Positions 1-11,071 are shown, counted from the first letter of the stretch. The stretch: 64,000 nucleotides of DNA from an uncultured delta proteobacterium (GCA_963769935.1 CAVYNY010000007.1:32001-96000); one strand, 5' to 3'. Translations and numbers: made by a program. Notes: generated by a model not told the origin, from the letters alone.

Positions 1-654
1 TATGCCCCTGACGCGGTGGGCGAAGAAGCCGGCGAAACGATATTTTTCGGTACCGGCGATCGCAGTGATCCGGGAGAAACCAGTGTCGTCAACCGCATGT
101 ACGCCGTCAAAAATGACTGGGCCAGCTCCGCCACTCTGACCGATTCGGACCTGGTGGATGTGACCGATGATTTAATTCAGCTTGGAACCGAGGCCGAAAA
201 GGCGAGTGTCACAGCCACGCTGGAAAGTGCCGGTGGCTGGTTTATCCGTCTGGAAAATCCCGGTGAAAAAGTGGTGGCTTCCCCGCGCGTATATGGCGGC
301 GTCGTTTATTTTACGACCTATACCCCGTCTGCCGGCACCGAAGGCGACTCCGATGATCCCTGTGCTGTTTCCACTGTCCGGGGCGTCGGCCGGCTCTATG
401 CGGTTAATTACAAAACAGGCGGTTCGGTGCTTGAGCTCTCCAGTGACCTCGAAACAGATCATTCCGGCGGCAGTGTCGCGCTTGGCAAGAAGGACCGCAG
501 TGTGGCTATCGGAACGGCCATACCGTCGGCGCCGGTAATCGCTATTCTGGCAGGCGGGGCACGCATCTTTGTTGGGGTTGAGGGCGGTATCGTGAGTATG
601 CCGACCATCGCCACCCAGGATATGTACACCTATTATTGGACCCAGATGTTTTAG
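1..654 (+). CDS. PilY1/PilC-like type IV pilus tip adhesin, C-terminal part (5' end outside the window)
   Basis: Frame open from base 1. Motifs FFGTGDR, GWFIRL..GEKV, VYFTTYTP and G.GRLYAVN are typical of the PilY1 beta-propeller C-terminus. Confidence 0.8.
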   Translation, partial: YAPDAVGEEAGETIFFGTGDRSDPGETSVVNRMYAVKNDWASSATLTDSDLVDVTDDLIQLGTEAEKASVTATLESAGGWFIRLENPGEKVVASPRVYGGVVYFTTYTPSAGTEGDSDDPCAVSTVRGVGRLYAVNYKTGGSVLELSSDLETDHSGGSVALGKKDRSVAIGTAIPSAPVIAILAGGARIFVGVEGGIVSMPTIATQDMYTYYWTQMF

Positions 655-733
655 ACGATGATCACGAAACAAATGAAAAATGACAGGATTTCACATAGCT
701 CTTAAATTCGTATGTGGCCTGGGGGAGGACCAA

Positions 734-1186
734 ATGAATAACGTGCATTCACTCAAACGGTGTCTTTGGGCGCTGCTGACTGTGACTTTGATCGTTTACG
801 GGTGTCCGGATCAGAGCAGAGCGGCTTCCAAACCGATCACACCGGACGAATTATTATACAGCGGCCCCTTTGAAATCACCTCACGCATCATGGAGATCGA
901 CCATGGAAAAAACATGCTGGTCGTTGCTGAATATGGGATCTATGTGGTTGATGTCATGGTTGGAGAAGAACATCTATTAACGGTTCTTTCCGATGCCGAA
1001 GGCTCGACCGTGTCATATGAATCATTCGCTCGCGGACAAACTGTCCTGGTACGGGGGTTACAGCTGCCGGACGGCCGCGTCATTGCAGAGCTGATTCAAC
1101 TCGCCGGCGACCGGTCTTCCGGGAGACAATCAGACGATCGGCGGCCCGCAATTCGGCAGGTCCATGAAATTAGGCCGCTTAATTAA
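734..1186 (+). CDS. Hypothetical exported protein (possible OB-fold/DUF5666-like)
   Basis: GGAGG before the ATG at 734; hydrophobic N-terminus; GQTVLVRG..LPDGRVIAE.I segment. Confidence 0.55.
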   Translation: MNNVHSLKRCLWALLTVTLIVYGCPDQSRAASKPITPDELLYSGPFEITSRIMEIDHGKNMLVVAEYGIYVVDVMVGEEHLLTVLSDAEGSTVSYESFARGQTVLVRGLQLPDGRVIAELIQLAGDRSSGRQSDDRRPAIRQVHEIRPLN

Positions 1187-1275
1187 TCCGCCCGGAAAAA
1201 CAGGCCTGGCGGGGTTGCACCTTGCGCTTTAAAAAAGGAAGCAAGTCGTTCGATCGAAGGTCCGGCGGATTAATT
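1181..1275. repeat. 95-bp element with 12-bp terminal inverted repeats AATTAATCCGCC/GGCGGATTAATT (copy 1)
   Basis: Aligns without gaps to the reverse complement of 31416-31510. Confidence 0.8.
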
Positions 1276-1302
1276 GTTTTATGCTGCGCAAACTTTATTA
1301 AA

Positions 1303-1341
1303 AAAAAGCGCCATTTCCCAACGTGGGAAATGGCGCTTTTT
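1303..1341. terminator. Bidirectional intrinsic terminator
   Basis: Perfect stem AAAAAGCGCCATTTCCCA-ACG-TGGGAAATGGCGCTTTTT between convergent genes. Confidence 0.85.
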
Positions 1342-1455
1342 GTTTAGTTGTTCCAATTTCGCAGGCAAGGGCAATGGGCTTCGATCACCCAGCCGGTTAT
1401 CTTCTTTCTTTATAACCAACGGGATCGGGGTGCCAAGCCATCGCGCAGGGCCATT

Positions 1456-2508
1456 TTATTCCAGCTTAAACGGCGCAATAATTCTGGCGCCGTCCCTAAT
1501 GGCCTGGCGTGAATCTGTGATCATCACTGTGGAGGTTGTATTTTCGGTATGCAGCACCAGCAATTCACCCAATAGCACCGGTGTGAGTGTAACCGCATAT
1601 GGGTCCTTGGGATTTATGCGATATTCTTCCTGCTTAAAAATCCAGTAAAACTGGCCGGGTTCCACGCCGGCGCTCGCTCCTCTGTTGATGAACGCGATGG
1701 TGCTGTCGCCGAATATGGTCTGATGTTCTTCGGATATGATAACATTGCCTTCAAGACCCGGTGGGGTTGGCCGCATCGCAACAATTGGCATTTGCCGCAC
1801 ATAGGGCATCAGCAAATCACCGACTGCGATCGGCCGGTAACTGGCCACAACTCGGGCAACAACAAACTTGGGCCTTTTGAGCATAATCTCCACGGCGCCG
1901 GTAAGATAGTGCTGAATGCCGATAAATTCGTTGGTTTGCTTGTCGACGATCGGTTTTAAGGTGCGATAGACAGTGTATCTATCACCGGGAGTGAGCGCAA
2001 AATTCTCCCCGGGCTCGATATAAACCAGATCCCCGGTGCTGATCATCTCCTTCTGGCCTTCTACTTTGAATATGGTTCCGTGAGCGGGAACCGGTTCTTT
2101 GCGGATGAATCCGACCCGGTCGATGGCGGCATACGCATAGGACAGCATTTTGGTAAGCTCCGGATTTTCCTGCGGGGCTTTTTCCGTGCCGGCGGTCCCT
2201 TCGCCGGTGCCGCCGTATCCCTGAGCCACTCGCCGTCGGTACAGACGGATGCGTTCTCCCGGATATATGCGGTGAGGGTTGGCAATCTGATCGTTTTCCT
2301 TCCACATTTCCGGCCAAAGCCAGGGTGTATCGGAAAATTTTTTGGAAAGATCCCAGAGGGTGTCGCCCTTCTGGACGGTATAGTAGAAACCGGTTTCATA
2401 TTCGACGGGCTCCTGCGTTTCGGCCGAGCCTTGGGGGAGAGGAATTGCCAGCAGGAAGATAATTATGAACAAACTTGCGGTAAGGTACGATCTTATTTTG
2501 CTATCCAT
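1456..2508 (-). CDS. LysM peptidoglycan-binding domain protein
   Basis: Signal peptide followed by LysM motif YTVQKGDTLWDLS...WPEMW..N..I.NPHRIYPG. Confidence 0.9.
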   Translation of the reverse strand: MDSKIRSYLTASLFIIIFLLAIPLPQGSAETQEPVEYETGFYYTVQKGDTLWDLSKKFSDTPWLWPEMWKENDQIANPHRIYPGERIRLYRRRVAQGYGGTGEGTAGTEKAPQENPELTKMLSYAYAAIDRVGFIRKEPVPAHGTIFKVEGQKEMISTGDLVYIEPGENFALTPGDRYTVYRTLKPIVDKQTNEFIGIQHYLTGAVEIMLKRPKFVVARVVASYRPIAVGDLLMPYVRQMPIVAMRPTPPGLEGNVIISEEHQTIFGDSTIAFINRGASAGVEPGQFYWIFKQEEYRINPKDPYAVTLTPVLLGELLVLHTENTTSTVMITDSRQAIRDGARIIAPFKLE

Positions 2509-2624
2509 CAGATGCTCCGATTCCTTTTTCTAATTTGTTGTCCGAAAAATCAGCTTTTCTGTAATAAGATTATATGATTATCGGTAATTTGTCAAATTTT
2601 TCAAGGATGCAAATAACCTTAAAT

Positions 2625-2668
2625 AAAAAGCCCTTACGGCTATCTGACCTACCGTAAGGGCTTTTTTT
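2625..2668 (-). terminator. Intrinsic terminator of groESL
   Basis: Stem AAAAAGCCCTTACGG...CCGTAAGGGCTTTTT just past the groEL stop. Confidence 0.85.
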
Positions 2669-2692
2669 GTTGATTGTCGGGAATTTTGGCGT

Positions 2693-4375
<1,683 letters not shown>

Positions 4376-4390
4376 TCAGTATTATCTTTT

Positions 4391-4678
4391 TTAGTCAATT
4401 ATGCCAAGCACGTCGTCTTCGCGCATGATCAAATATTCTTCGCCGCTGATTTTTACTTCCGTGCCGGAGTATTTGCCGAACAGAATCCGGTCACCTTTTT
4501 TAATCTCCAGAGCAATTCTTTTGCCGTCTTCACCGACCTTGCCATTACCAACGGCAATAACTTTGCCTTCGGCGGGTTTTTCCTTAGCAGTATCCGGGAT
4601 GATAATGCCACCTTTGGTGGTGGTTTCTTCTTCGACGCGTTGGACTAAAATCCGATCCTGCAATGGTCTCAGTTTCAT
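4391..4678 (-). CDS. groS: Co-chaperonin GroES
   Basis: [12 protein letters not shown]..., [13 protein letters not shown]; directly upstream of groEL. Confidence 0.99.
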   Translation of the reverse strand: MKLRPLQDRILVQRVEEETTTKGGIIIPDTAKEKPAEGKVIAVGNGKVGEDGKRIALEIKKGDRILFGKYSGTEVKISGEEYLIMREDDVLGIID

Positions 4679-5075
4679 GGTTTAAAATCTCCTTTTAAAT
4701 TAAAAATTTCTTCATCACTTGATGCGACAGTAAAATACATCGTGTACGAATGGGTCGCCGCTTCAAACGGCGGTCAATTCCTCACCCCCTTTCGATTAAT
4801 GTCAGATTGAAATAAATGTTTATAATATTAAGTTGTTAGGAAAGGCTTTTTTTCTGAAATAATAATCACCGTTTTTGGTTTGTAAAGAGATCGGGCCGGA
4901 AAATTTTAAATTTTTGATAAAAAAATCGCCTGGAAAATAAAGGATTGCTATCCACAGACATCAGCAGGCTTGCCGGTGGTTCTTCAATTTCAACTCACCA
5001 AGATTTAGAGCACCTGCTGCAATTTGAGGAAGAGCGGTCTTCAAATCAAGGTTGGTTTGTCCGCCGGCATCGGTA

Positions 5076-5372
5076 TCAGGCTGACTTATCAGAAGAAGGG
5101 GTCTTTGCAGTTGCAGATCCGCTGTCGGACGATTTGACATCATCCGATTTGCTCTCTTTGGTTTTTTGAGACGGCTTCGAAGCGTCCCGGTTTTTGGCGG
5201 CATAGTCGGTGACGTACCAGCCGCTGCCTTTAAGGTGAAATGAACTCTGGGAAACCAGCTTGGTAAGCTTACCCGAGCAGTGTTTGCATTTGGCCAAAGG
5301 TTTATCTGAAAATTTTTGCAATGCTTCTTCAACCTTGCCGCACTTGGTACATTCATATTCGTAAATTGGCAT
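5076..5372 (-). CDS. FmdB family zinc-ribbon protein
   Basis: MPIYEYECTKC...CKHC...FHLKGSGWYVTDY signature. Confidence 0.92.
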   Translation of the reverse strand: MPIYEYECTKCGKVEEALQKFSDKPLAKCKHCSGKLTKLVSQSSFHLKGSGWYVTDYAAKNRDASKPSQKTKESKSDDVKSSDSGSATAKTPSSDKSA

Positions 5373-5408
5373 CTTTATTAGTTCCTTCTATTCAAATCAG
5401 GCTGACCT

Positions 5409-5436
5409 AATATAGTTAACGCGGTTCTTTTGTCAA
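5409..5436 (-). promoter_or_regulatory. Putative sigma70-type promoter of the FmdB-family gene
   Basis: TTGACA-N16-TATATT on the minus strand. Confidence 0.45.
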
Positions 5437-5449
5437 GAATCAATTTTGT

Positions 5450-6007
5450 TTATGGATCCCTCAGGCCCTCATACGACACGTTCCAATCATTGTAAAATTC
5501 CAGAACATTCTGCAGTCCGGCGAGCTGGACCGGTTTTAGAATTTCATGCGTTCCCTGATGAACCCGCTTTTCCTCTGCCATGCGTTCCTGGGCGGATGCC
5601 TCGAAGCTCTGCAGAAATTTACTGAACCGGACAATGTGAATGAGTTCGTGGGTGATGATGTAAAGGGAAAAGGGAAACAATTCAATCCCCGGCGAGTCTT
5701 CCACGGTCGACTGGATGGTATGATCCTGCAGGCAGATTTTATAAAAATCGTAGGTAGCCGATCCCAGGGATGTATTTTTGCGGCGTCCTTTGTAGCGAAT
5801 AATCTGGGCAAAAGGTCCTTCGACGATTTCCTCCGGATTAAGTTCAGCCAGTGTTTTGACATCGTAACGCGGACCGAGCCATTGACTGGCAGACATTTTA
5901 TAATGATTGCTGACCAGTTCCTCCGCCATGGCCACGGCATTATTTACGATTTTCAACTGGTCGGGATCGAAGCACTTAACTCTCTGCATTGTGATTTGTT
6001 TGGCCAT
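5450..6007 (-). CDS. Hypothetical protein with HExxH (zincin-like) motif
   Basis: ITHELIH followed by a downstream EE; 9-bp gap to the PilZ gene suggests an operon. Confidence 0.7.
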   Translation of the reverse strand: MAKQITMQRVKCFDPDQLKIVNNAVAMAEELVSNHYKMSASQWLGPRYDVKTLAELNPEEIVEGPFAQIIRYKGRRKNTSLGSATYDFYKICLQDHTIQSTVEDSPGIELFPFSLYIITHELIHIVRFSKFLQSFEASAQERMAEEKRVHQGTHEILKPVQLAGLQNVLEFYNDWNVSYEGLRDP

Positions 6008-6016
6008 TGTGATGAA

Positions 6017-6559
6017 TTACTTTTTAACCGCTGCCGCTTGTGACATTCGTAATCCAGTTGCTTCAATTTCTTCAAAGGCCGTGGTTATGGCTTCTTGAAG
6101 CCGCCGGCGCTCTTTTTCCTCGTTTTCTATAAATCTGATACCCATGCCGCGATTGACGACTTTGTCACTGGGAATATTCGCATTGGACCAGACAACTTCA
6201 GCATTCAGCGGCAAAGATCCCTGATCGGGTATATCAATGGTGATTATAAATCTGTCGTTTAATGCCAGGGGTTCCCGGCATACAACAAAAGCGCCTCCAA
6301 GGCTGATGTCCTTTAATTGAACCTCTTCGTGGTTACCGGATTGTTCAATTGCAGCCGGCCATGAGATTGCGACCCGAGGGTGGCGGCGTTTTTCCTGCCC
6401 GGCAAATTTGTTTGACATGGACACATCCGACCCCGGTTGATCCGGCATCATGCGTTTTTTGAGATAAACAAAAATAAACCAGAATAAAATCAATCCAACG
6501 AATAAGGCCCCGCCAATGCCAATGCTGTTGACAATAAGTTTGCTCTCCATATATGCCAT
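6017..6559 (-). CDS. Membrane-anchored PilZ domain protein
   Basis: N-terminal TM segment, EKRRHPR (RxxxR), DISLGG (DxSxxG), GMGIRF. Confidence 0.9.
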   Translation of the reverse strand: MAYMESKLIVNSIGIGGALFVGLILFWFIFVYLKKRMMPDQPGSDVSMSNKFAGQEKRRHPRVAISWPAAIEQSGNHEEVQLKDISLGGAFVVCREPLALNDRFIITIDIPDQGSLPLNAEVVWSNANIPSDKVVNRGMGIRFIENEEKERRRLQEAITTAFEEIEATGLRMSQAAAVKK

Positions 6560-6897
6560 GCCTTCCGTGAGCGTGGAAATTAAAACCGCAGCGAACCTTC
6601 AGCTGAGGTAGCGTGCCCGGCTTTCGGTTTAACCTTAGAATTGACCCAATTTATCGCATGACTTACCTTCGAACCTCACTATAGCATAGAGCATGGTATT
6701 GATCCAGAATTAACCTATCATATAAAAGATCGGCTTTTAAGGCCATCACATAACTAATTTAGTGTTTGGACCCATCGGGACCATAAATAATTGTAGACAC
6801 CCGCCTATCAGGTGTGTTAAACATGGCATTTATTAATTTGGGGGGGGCTGTTATTAGCGCCCACTTGTAAAGAATACGTTGCAAAGGAGGTGAGGAA

Positions 6898-6996
6898 TTG
6901 GGCAGTGTAGTTAAAAAGCGCAGAAAAAAAATGAGAAGGCATAAACACCGAAAGCTATTAGCCAAGACACGTCATCAGAGAAGGAAAGGTAAATAA
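6898..6996 (+). CDS. Small basic protein, bS22 / AURKAIP1-COX24 (DUF1713) family
   Basis: Not in the ORF track. AAGGAGGT RBS, TTG start, MGSVVKKRRKKMRRHKHRKLLAKTRHQRRKGK*, followed by a terminator. Confidence 0.9.
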   Translation: MGSVVKKRRKKMRRHKHRKLLAKTRHQRRKGK

Positions 6997-7026
6997 TGAT
7001 ACCGCTATACTTTTCTGGACCGAAAT

Positions 7027-7064
7027 AAAAACACCGGACATCAACCATGCTCCGGTGTTTTTTT
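7027..7064. terminator. Bidirectional intrinsic terminator
   Basis: AAAAACACCGGA...TCCGGTGTTTTTTT between the small ORF and hflC. Confidence 0.85.
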
Positions 7065-7097
7065 GTCTTGCGGTCCCTCGATTTGTTTATTGAACGT

Positions 7098-8030
7098 TTA
7101 TTCCTTGTATCCTTTCAGATATTTCAGAAATTCCGAATCGGTTGATAATATCAGGGTATTTTTATCATCCAGGGCTTCACTGTAAATTTTAAGGGTCTGG
7201 ACGAATGAATAGAACTCAGGGTCCTTGCCATAAGAATCTGCATAAATCACGGTGGCCTCGGCATCGGCTTTACCCTTGATTTCCTGGGCCTTGCGATAGG
7301 CCTCGGATGTTATCAGCTGCAACTCTCTTTCTTTTTCACCCAAGATTTTTTGGGCTTCGCCTTTCCCCTCAGAACGAAATTTTTCGGCAATCTGGTTGCG
7401 TTCCGCAATCATACGGCCGTATACGGATTTTCTGACCGCCTCGACGTAATTTATCCGTTTAATCTTAACGTCGACCAGCTCGATGCCGAAGGGGCTTAAT
7501 TTAGGCTGGGCCTGCGCCAGGATTCCCTGAGTAATTTTTTCTCTGCCTGTCGTAACCGTAAAATAAGCTTTCTCCGTGCTGTCCAGATCGGTTTCGGTGG
7601 TTTCCAATTCGCGGTTGGATTTGCGCACAGTTTCAATCAGGCTGTTGGAAGTAATAAAATTTCTGACGGCCGGATCAATAATATCGTTGAGTTTTCCCAT
7701 GGCATTAAGCCGATTGTTCACTGTTTGAAAAAATTTGATCGGATCAACGATTTTCCATCTGGCAAAAACATCGACCCAGAGATAGGTTTTATCCAGCGTG
7801 GGAATCTGGCCCGGGTCTCCGTCCCAATCCAGTAAATTCTTGGCGAAGAAATTAGCATTTTGGATAAACGGAAGTTTGAATTTCAGTCCCGGATCTTTTT
7901 TGGGCTCTCCGACGATGCGGCCGAATTGGGTGATGACCACCTGCTCGGTTTCATTGATGATATAGGCGGAATTGTAAGCCAGCACAACTGCCACAATCAA
8001 TATAACGATGATAATTCCTTTACTTTTCAT
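7098..8030 (-). CDS. hflC: Protease modulator HflC (SPFH)
   Basis: N-terminal TM, QVVITQFGR, RMIAER, DPEFYSF; overlaps the hflK stop. Confidence 0.95.
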   Translation of the reverse strand: MKSKGIIIVILIVAVVLAYNSAYIINETEQVVITQFGRIVGEPKKDPGLKFKLPFIQNANFFAKNLLDWDGDPGQIPTLDKTYLWVDVFARWKIVDPIKFFQTVNNRLNAMGKLNDIIDPAVRNFITSNSLIETVRKSNRELETTETDLDSTEKAYFTVTTGREKITQGILAQAQPKLSPFGIELVDVKIKRINYVEAVRKSVYGRMIAERNQIAEKFRSEGKGEAQKILGEKERELQLITSEAYRKAQEIKGKADAEATVIYADSYGKDPEFYSFVQTLKIYSEALDDKNTLILSTDSEFLKYLKGYKE

Positions 8031-9058
8031 TTTTGAGTACCACTCTGGTTTGCCATATTCAGCAAGGGTAGAAAGTTTTTCTGATCAGCATCGACGATAT
8101 ATTTCGGACCCAGCTTTGGAAAGAGCTCTCGCAGCGTTTCGAGATACAGCCGCCTTTTGGTTACATCCTTGGCTTTGACATACTCATTGTAGATCGATGT
8201 AAATCTGGCCGCGTCGCCTTTGGAGCGGTTGACGCGATTCAGCGCATAGCCTTCGGCTGTTTTGATGGTTCGTTCCGCTTCGCCGCGTGCGGCCGGAATG
8301 GCCTTGTTGTATTCTTCTTTTGCCTGGTAAATCATTTGCTCTCTTTCCTGGGTAGCCTGGTTGACCTCATTCCAGGATGGCTGGACGGGACCGGGAACAT
8401 TGGTCCTTTTCATTTCGATCGTCACGATGTGGATACCGGTTTCCGCCTGGTCAAGTTCTTTTTGCAGCAGTCCTTTGGCCTCCACGGCGATTTCATCACG
8501 TCTGTTGATCACCTCATCGATACTTCGGTCTCCCACAACCAGGCGCATCGCAGCTTCGGACATATCCGTCAGGATTCGGCGGACATCGCGGACCTTGAAT
8601 AGATAATCATAGGGATCTTTGACCCGGTATTGAACAATCCACGGCACCAGCGCGACATTCAGGTCGCCGGTGAGCATCAGCGCAACATTTTCGTTCTCAT
8701 TGCCGGAATTAAAGCGCTGTCTGTTGTCCGATCCGGCTGAAGTGAACCCGAACTCTTCGGTCCTGATTTGTTTGACATTTACTTTGGTGACTTTTTCAAT
8801 GCCGATCGGTAATTTAAAATTGAGCCCCGGCTGGGTGGTTCGAACGTACCTTCCGAACAGTTGAACGATACCCACTTCGTCTTGCTTCACCGTGTAAAAG
8901 GTGCTGGAAGCCAGTAAAATAATAACAATCACCAGGACCACCATCGGTCCGCCCGGCAGTTTGAATTTTTTAAATCTGTCCAGGATTTCATCCATTTGAG
9001 GTGGCGCGCCGCCCCTGGTATGCTGTTGCTGTTTCAGCTTATCCCAATCCCAACTCAT
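8027..9058 (-). CDS. hflK: FtsH modulator HflK (SPFH)
   Basis: MLTGDLN, VQYRV.DP, A.G.A.RF...Y.EY.KA.DVT..RLYLE. Confidence 0.95.
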   Translation of the reverse strand: MSWDWDKLKQQQHTRGGAPPQMDEILDRFKKFKLPGGPMVVLVIVIILLASSTFYTVKQDEVGIVQLFGRYVRTTQPGLNFKLPIGIEKVTKVNVKQIRTEEFGFTSAGSDNRQRFNSGNENENVALMLTGDLNVALVPWIVQYRVKDPYDYLFKVRDVRRILTDMSEAAMRLVVGDRSIDEVINRRDEIAVEAKGLLQKELDQAETGIHIVTIEMKRTNVPGPVQPSWNEVNQATQEREQMIYQAKEEYNKAIPAARGEAERTIKTAEGYALNRVNRSKGDAARFTSIYNEYVKAKDVTKRRLYLETLRELFPKLGPKYIVDADQKNFLPLLNMANQSGTQK

Positions 9059-9295
9059 AGTTTCTTTCCTGTATGCGGTTAAAAAGCAAGGGATTCAGGT
9101 CGTTCGGGCAGCCCTGAATCCGGTCTATCTGTTTAAAACCGGCAGAGGGCGACAACCGTCATCTCACGCCGGGTTTATCAAGGAGGAATATTTTTAAATG
9201 GTTGCCAAACAATAATTTACCCGGCCACTCAAGTCAAGTAAAAAGCTTTGGTTTTTCTTGACATGCAACTCGGCGGCTATGATATGGTTCCCATC

Positions 9296-9610
9296 ATGGA
9301 AAGAAAAAAACGCAAAGCCAACTTCGTCCATATCGGCCGCCTCATCGACGATGTTTTAAAAACCTACCGCCGTGAATCCGACAGTGAACTCATCCAGGTC
9401 TGGCAGGTTTGGGATGGCGCTGTCGGGGATGTAATCGCTCAAAATGCCAAACCGGCTGCCTTTAAGGGCAGGATATTACTGGTGCATGTGACAAGTTCAA
9501 CCTGGGTTCATCAGCTTCAGTTTTTAAAAAAAGAGATGATTGCAAAATTGGACCAAGCCTTGGGAAAATCGCTGATTGATGACCTTAAATTTAAAATCGG
9601 ACCGCTTTAA
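9296..9610 (+). CDS. DUF721 / DciA family protein
   Basis: W..AVG..IA....P......L.V.V.SSTWVHQLQF pattern; start codon uncertain (9248-9296). Confidence 0.8.
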   Translation: MERKKRKANFVHIGRLIDDVLKTYRRESDSELIQVWQVWDGAVGDVIAQNAKPAAFKGRILLVHVTSSTWVHQLQFLKKEMIAKLDQALGKSLIDDLKFKIGPL

Positions 9611-9614
9611 GAAC

Positions 9615-9750
9615 ATTGAAGATTTAAGATTGAAGATTGAATATTTGTGGTATCCTATCTTTATTATATGGGCATTTTTGCCGGTAATACCGGCGGAGAC
9701 GAAAAAATAATGGACAGTATTCCTTTAATCTTCAATCTTCAATATTCAAT
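9615..9750. repeat. Palindromic element with ATTGAAG/CTTCAAT heptamer arms (family C)
   Basis: ATTGAAGATTTAAGATTGAAGATTGAAT ... TTTAATCTTCAATCTTCAATATTCAAT; homologous to 28163-28287. Confidence 0.8.
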
Positions 9751-10468
9751 GCATATAACCACCGACACTTTTTTTGACGGTTCAATTCAGGTAATGCAAA
9801 GCCGGACCGGGTATCGCTTTTCAATTGATTCCGTCTTGCTGGCATTTCATGCCGGTCCGCGATCCGGTGATAAAGTTCTGGATTTAGGTGCCGGCTGCGG
9901 TATTCTCTCTCTGATCCTGGCTGTTCGCGCACCGGATATCAGAATTTTTGCGGTTGAATTGCAGTCGGAGCTGGCCGGCCTGGCTGAGGCCAATGTCCAA
10001 CGAAATCAGCTGGAGGATCGTATTCAAGTGATGTGTAAGGATATGAGATTGCTGAAACCGAAAATGACCGTTGGCCCGGTTGATTTAATTGTGTGCAATC
10101 CGCCTTATCGCAGGCCCGGTTCCGGTAGAATAAACCCGGCTGAACAACGTGCGGTCGCTCGTCATGAAATAAAAGTCACATTGAATGAAATCCTCGAGAC
10201 TGCTCGCCGGATGCTGCGAACGGGGGGGCGGTTTGTAACGATTTATACGGTCGAGCGGACAACCGACATCTTATTCGGGATGCGAAGTGAACATATTGAA
10301 CCGAAATTCATGCGATTGATTCACTCCACTCAGGATACAGAGGCCAAGCTGGTTCTCATCGAAGGTGTCAAGGACGGAAGACCGGGACTCAAAGTCGCGC
10401 CTGCTCTGATCCTTTACGATAATAACGGTGACTATACGAAGGAAGTGAAGCCGATGTTTGCGCCCTGA
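9749..10468 (+). CDS. tRNA1(Val) A37 N6-methyltransferase family (YfiC/TrmN6-like)
   Basis: GYRFSIDSVLL, VLDLGAGCG, CNPPY and ARHE; the upstream ORF extension runs through a repeat and is probably spurious. Confidence 0.85.
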   Translation: MHITTDTFFDGSIQVMQSRTGYRFSIDSVLLAFHAGPRSGDKVLDLGAGCGILSLILAVRAPDIRIFAVELQSELAGLAEANVQRNQLEDRIQVMCKDMRLLKPKMTVGPVDLIVCNPPYRRPGSGRINPAEQRAVARHEIKVTLNEILETARRMLRTGGRFVTIYTVERTTDILFGMRSEHIEPKFMRLIHSTQDTEAKLVLIEGVKDGRPGLKVAPALILYDNNGDYTKEVKPMFAP

Positions 10469-10605
10469 AAAATATATTTGCAATTCAGGCGGGCAGGTCT
10501 TAAAATAATCTGCTGGATCAGTGAGCCGGCTGCCAGATGATCGTTGACAGCTTGCGGCAAAAAGTATATTGAGACCTACTTAATTTTGATTTATTGGTTC
10601 AACCC

Positions 10606-10695
10606 GGAGAGGTGGCTGAGTGGTTGAAAGCGGCGGTCTCGAAAACCGTTGGGGGTTCGCGCCCTCCGCAGGTTCGAATCCTGTCCTCTCCGCCA
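10606..10695 (+). tRNA. tRNA-Ser(CGA)
   Basis: GGAGAGG acceptor stem, anticodon loop CT-CGA-AA, long variable arm, GGTTCGAATCC, 3' CCA. Confidence 0.95.
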
Positions 10696-10716
10696 TCTTT
10701 GATTTATCCGATATGC

Positions 10717-10810
10717 GGAGAGATGTCCGAGCTGGCTGAAGGAGCACGACTGGAAATCGTGTGTACTGCCAAAAGCGGTACCGAGGGTTCGAATCCCTCT
10801 CTCTCCGCCA
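10717..10810 (+). tRNA. tRNA-Ser(GGA)
   Basis: GGAGAGA acceptor stem, CACGA-CT-GGA-AA-TCGTG, long variable arm, GGTTCGAATCC, 3' CCA. Confidence 0.95.
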
Positions 10811-10820
10811 TCAGCAAAAT

Positions 10821-11068
10821 AAATGCCAAAAGTGATCTAAAGTGCCTAAAATGCCTAAAATTAATGTATTCTGTCCATTTAATGATAGATTGTCTAAATT
10901 CTGGCCCGGACCTTGATTAAAAGCATCCTAATCCAATGTTGGCATTTCGTATTTATAGATCGAAGTTTAGCTATTCAGAGGCGAGTCGCGCCAGTGCGAG
11001 TCTCAACTCAATTTAGTTTACTTTAGTTTACTTTAGGCAATTTAGGCATTTTTAATTTTAGGCACTTT
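10821..11068. repeat. Palindromic element with AAATGCCTAA/TTAGGCATTT arms (family B)
   Basis: Tandem AAAGTGCCT/AAATGCCTA units on the left and TTTAGGCA/TTTAGTTTAC units on the right; related copies at 13194, 47726 and 63755. Confidence 0.8.
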
Positions 11069-11071
11069 ATT

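Noticed and set aside
6575..6660. Possible c-di-GMP-I riboswitch upstream of the PilZ gene (AAACC-GAAA-..GGGCACGC)
   Set aside because: The P2 stem and the downstream P3/receptor elements could not be formed convincingly.
10594..10920. 108-aa ORF
   Set aside because: Overlaps two tRNA genes and a repeat; spurious.
10811..11071. Expected SRP RNA (ffs) or island attachment site between the tRNAs and dnaX
   Set aside because: No SRP domain IV motif, no integrase and no duplicated tRNA 3' end was seen; the gap is a family B repeat.
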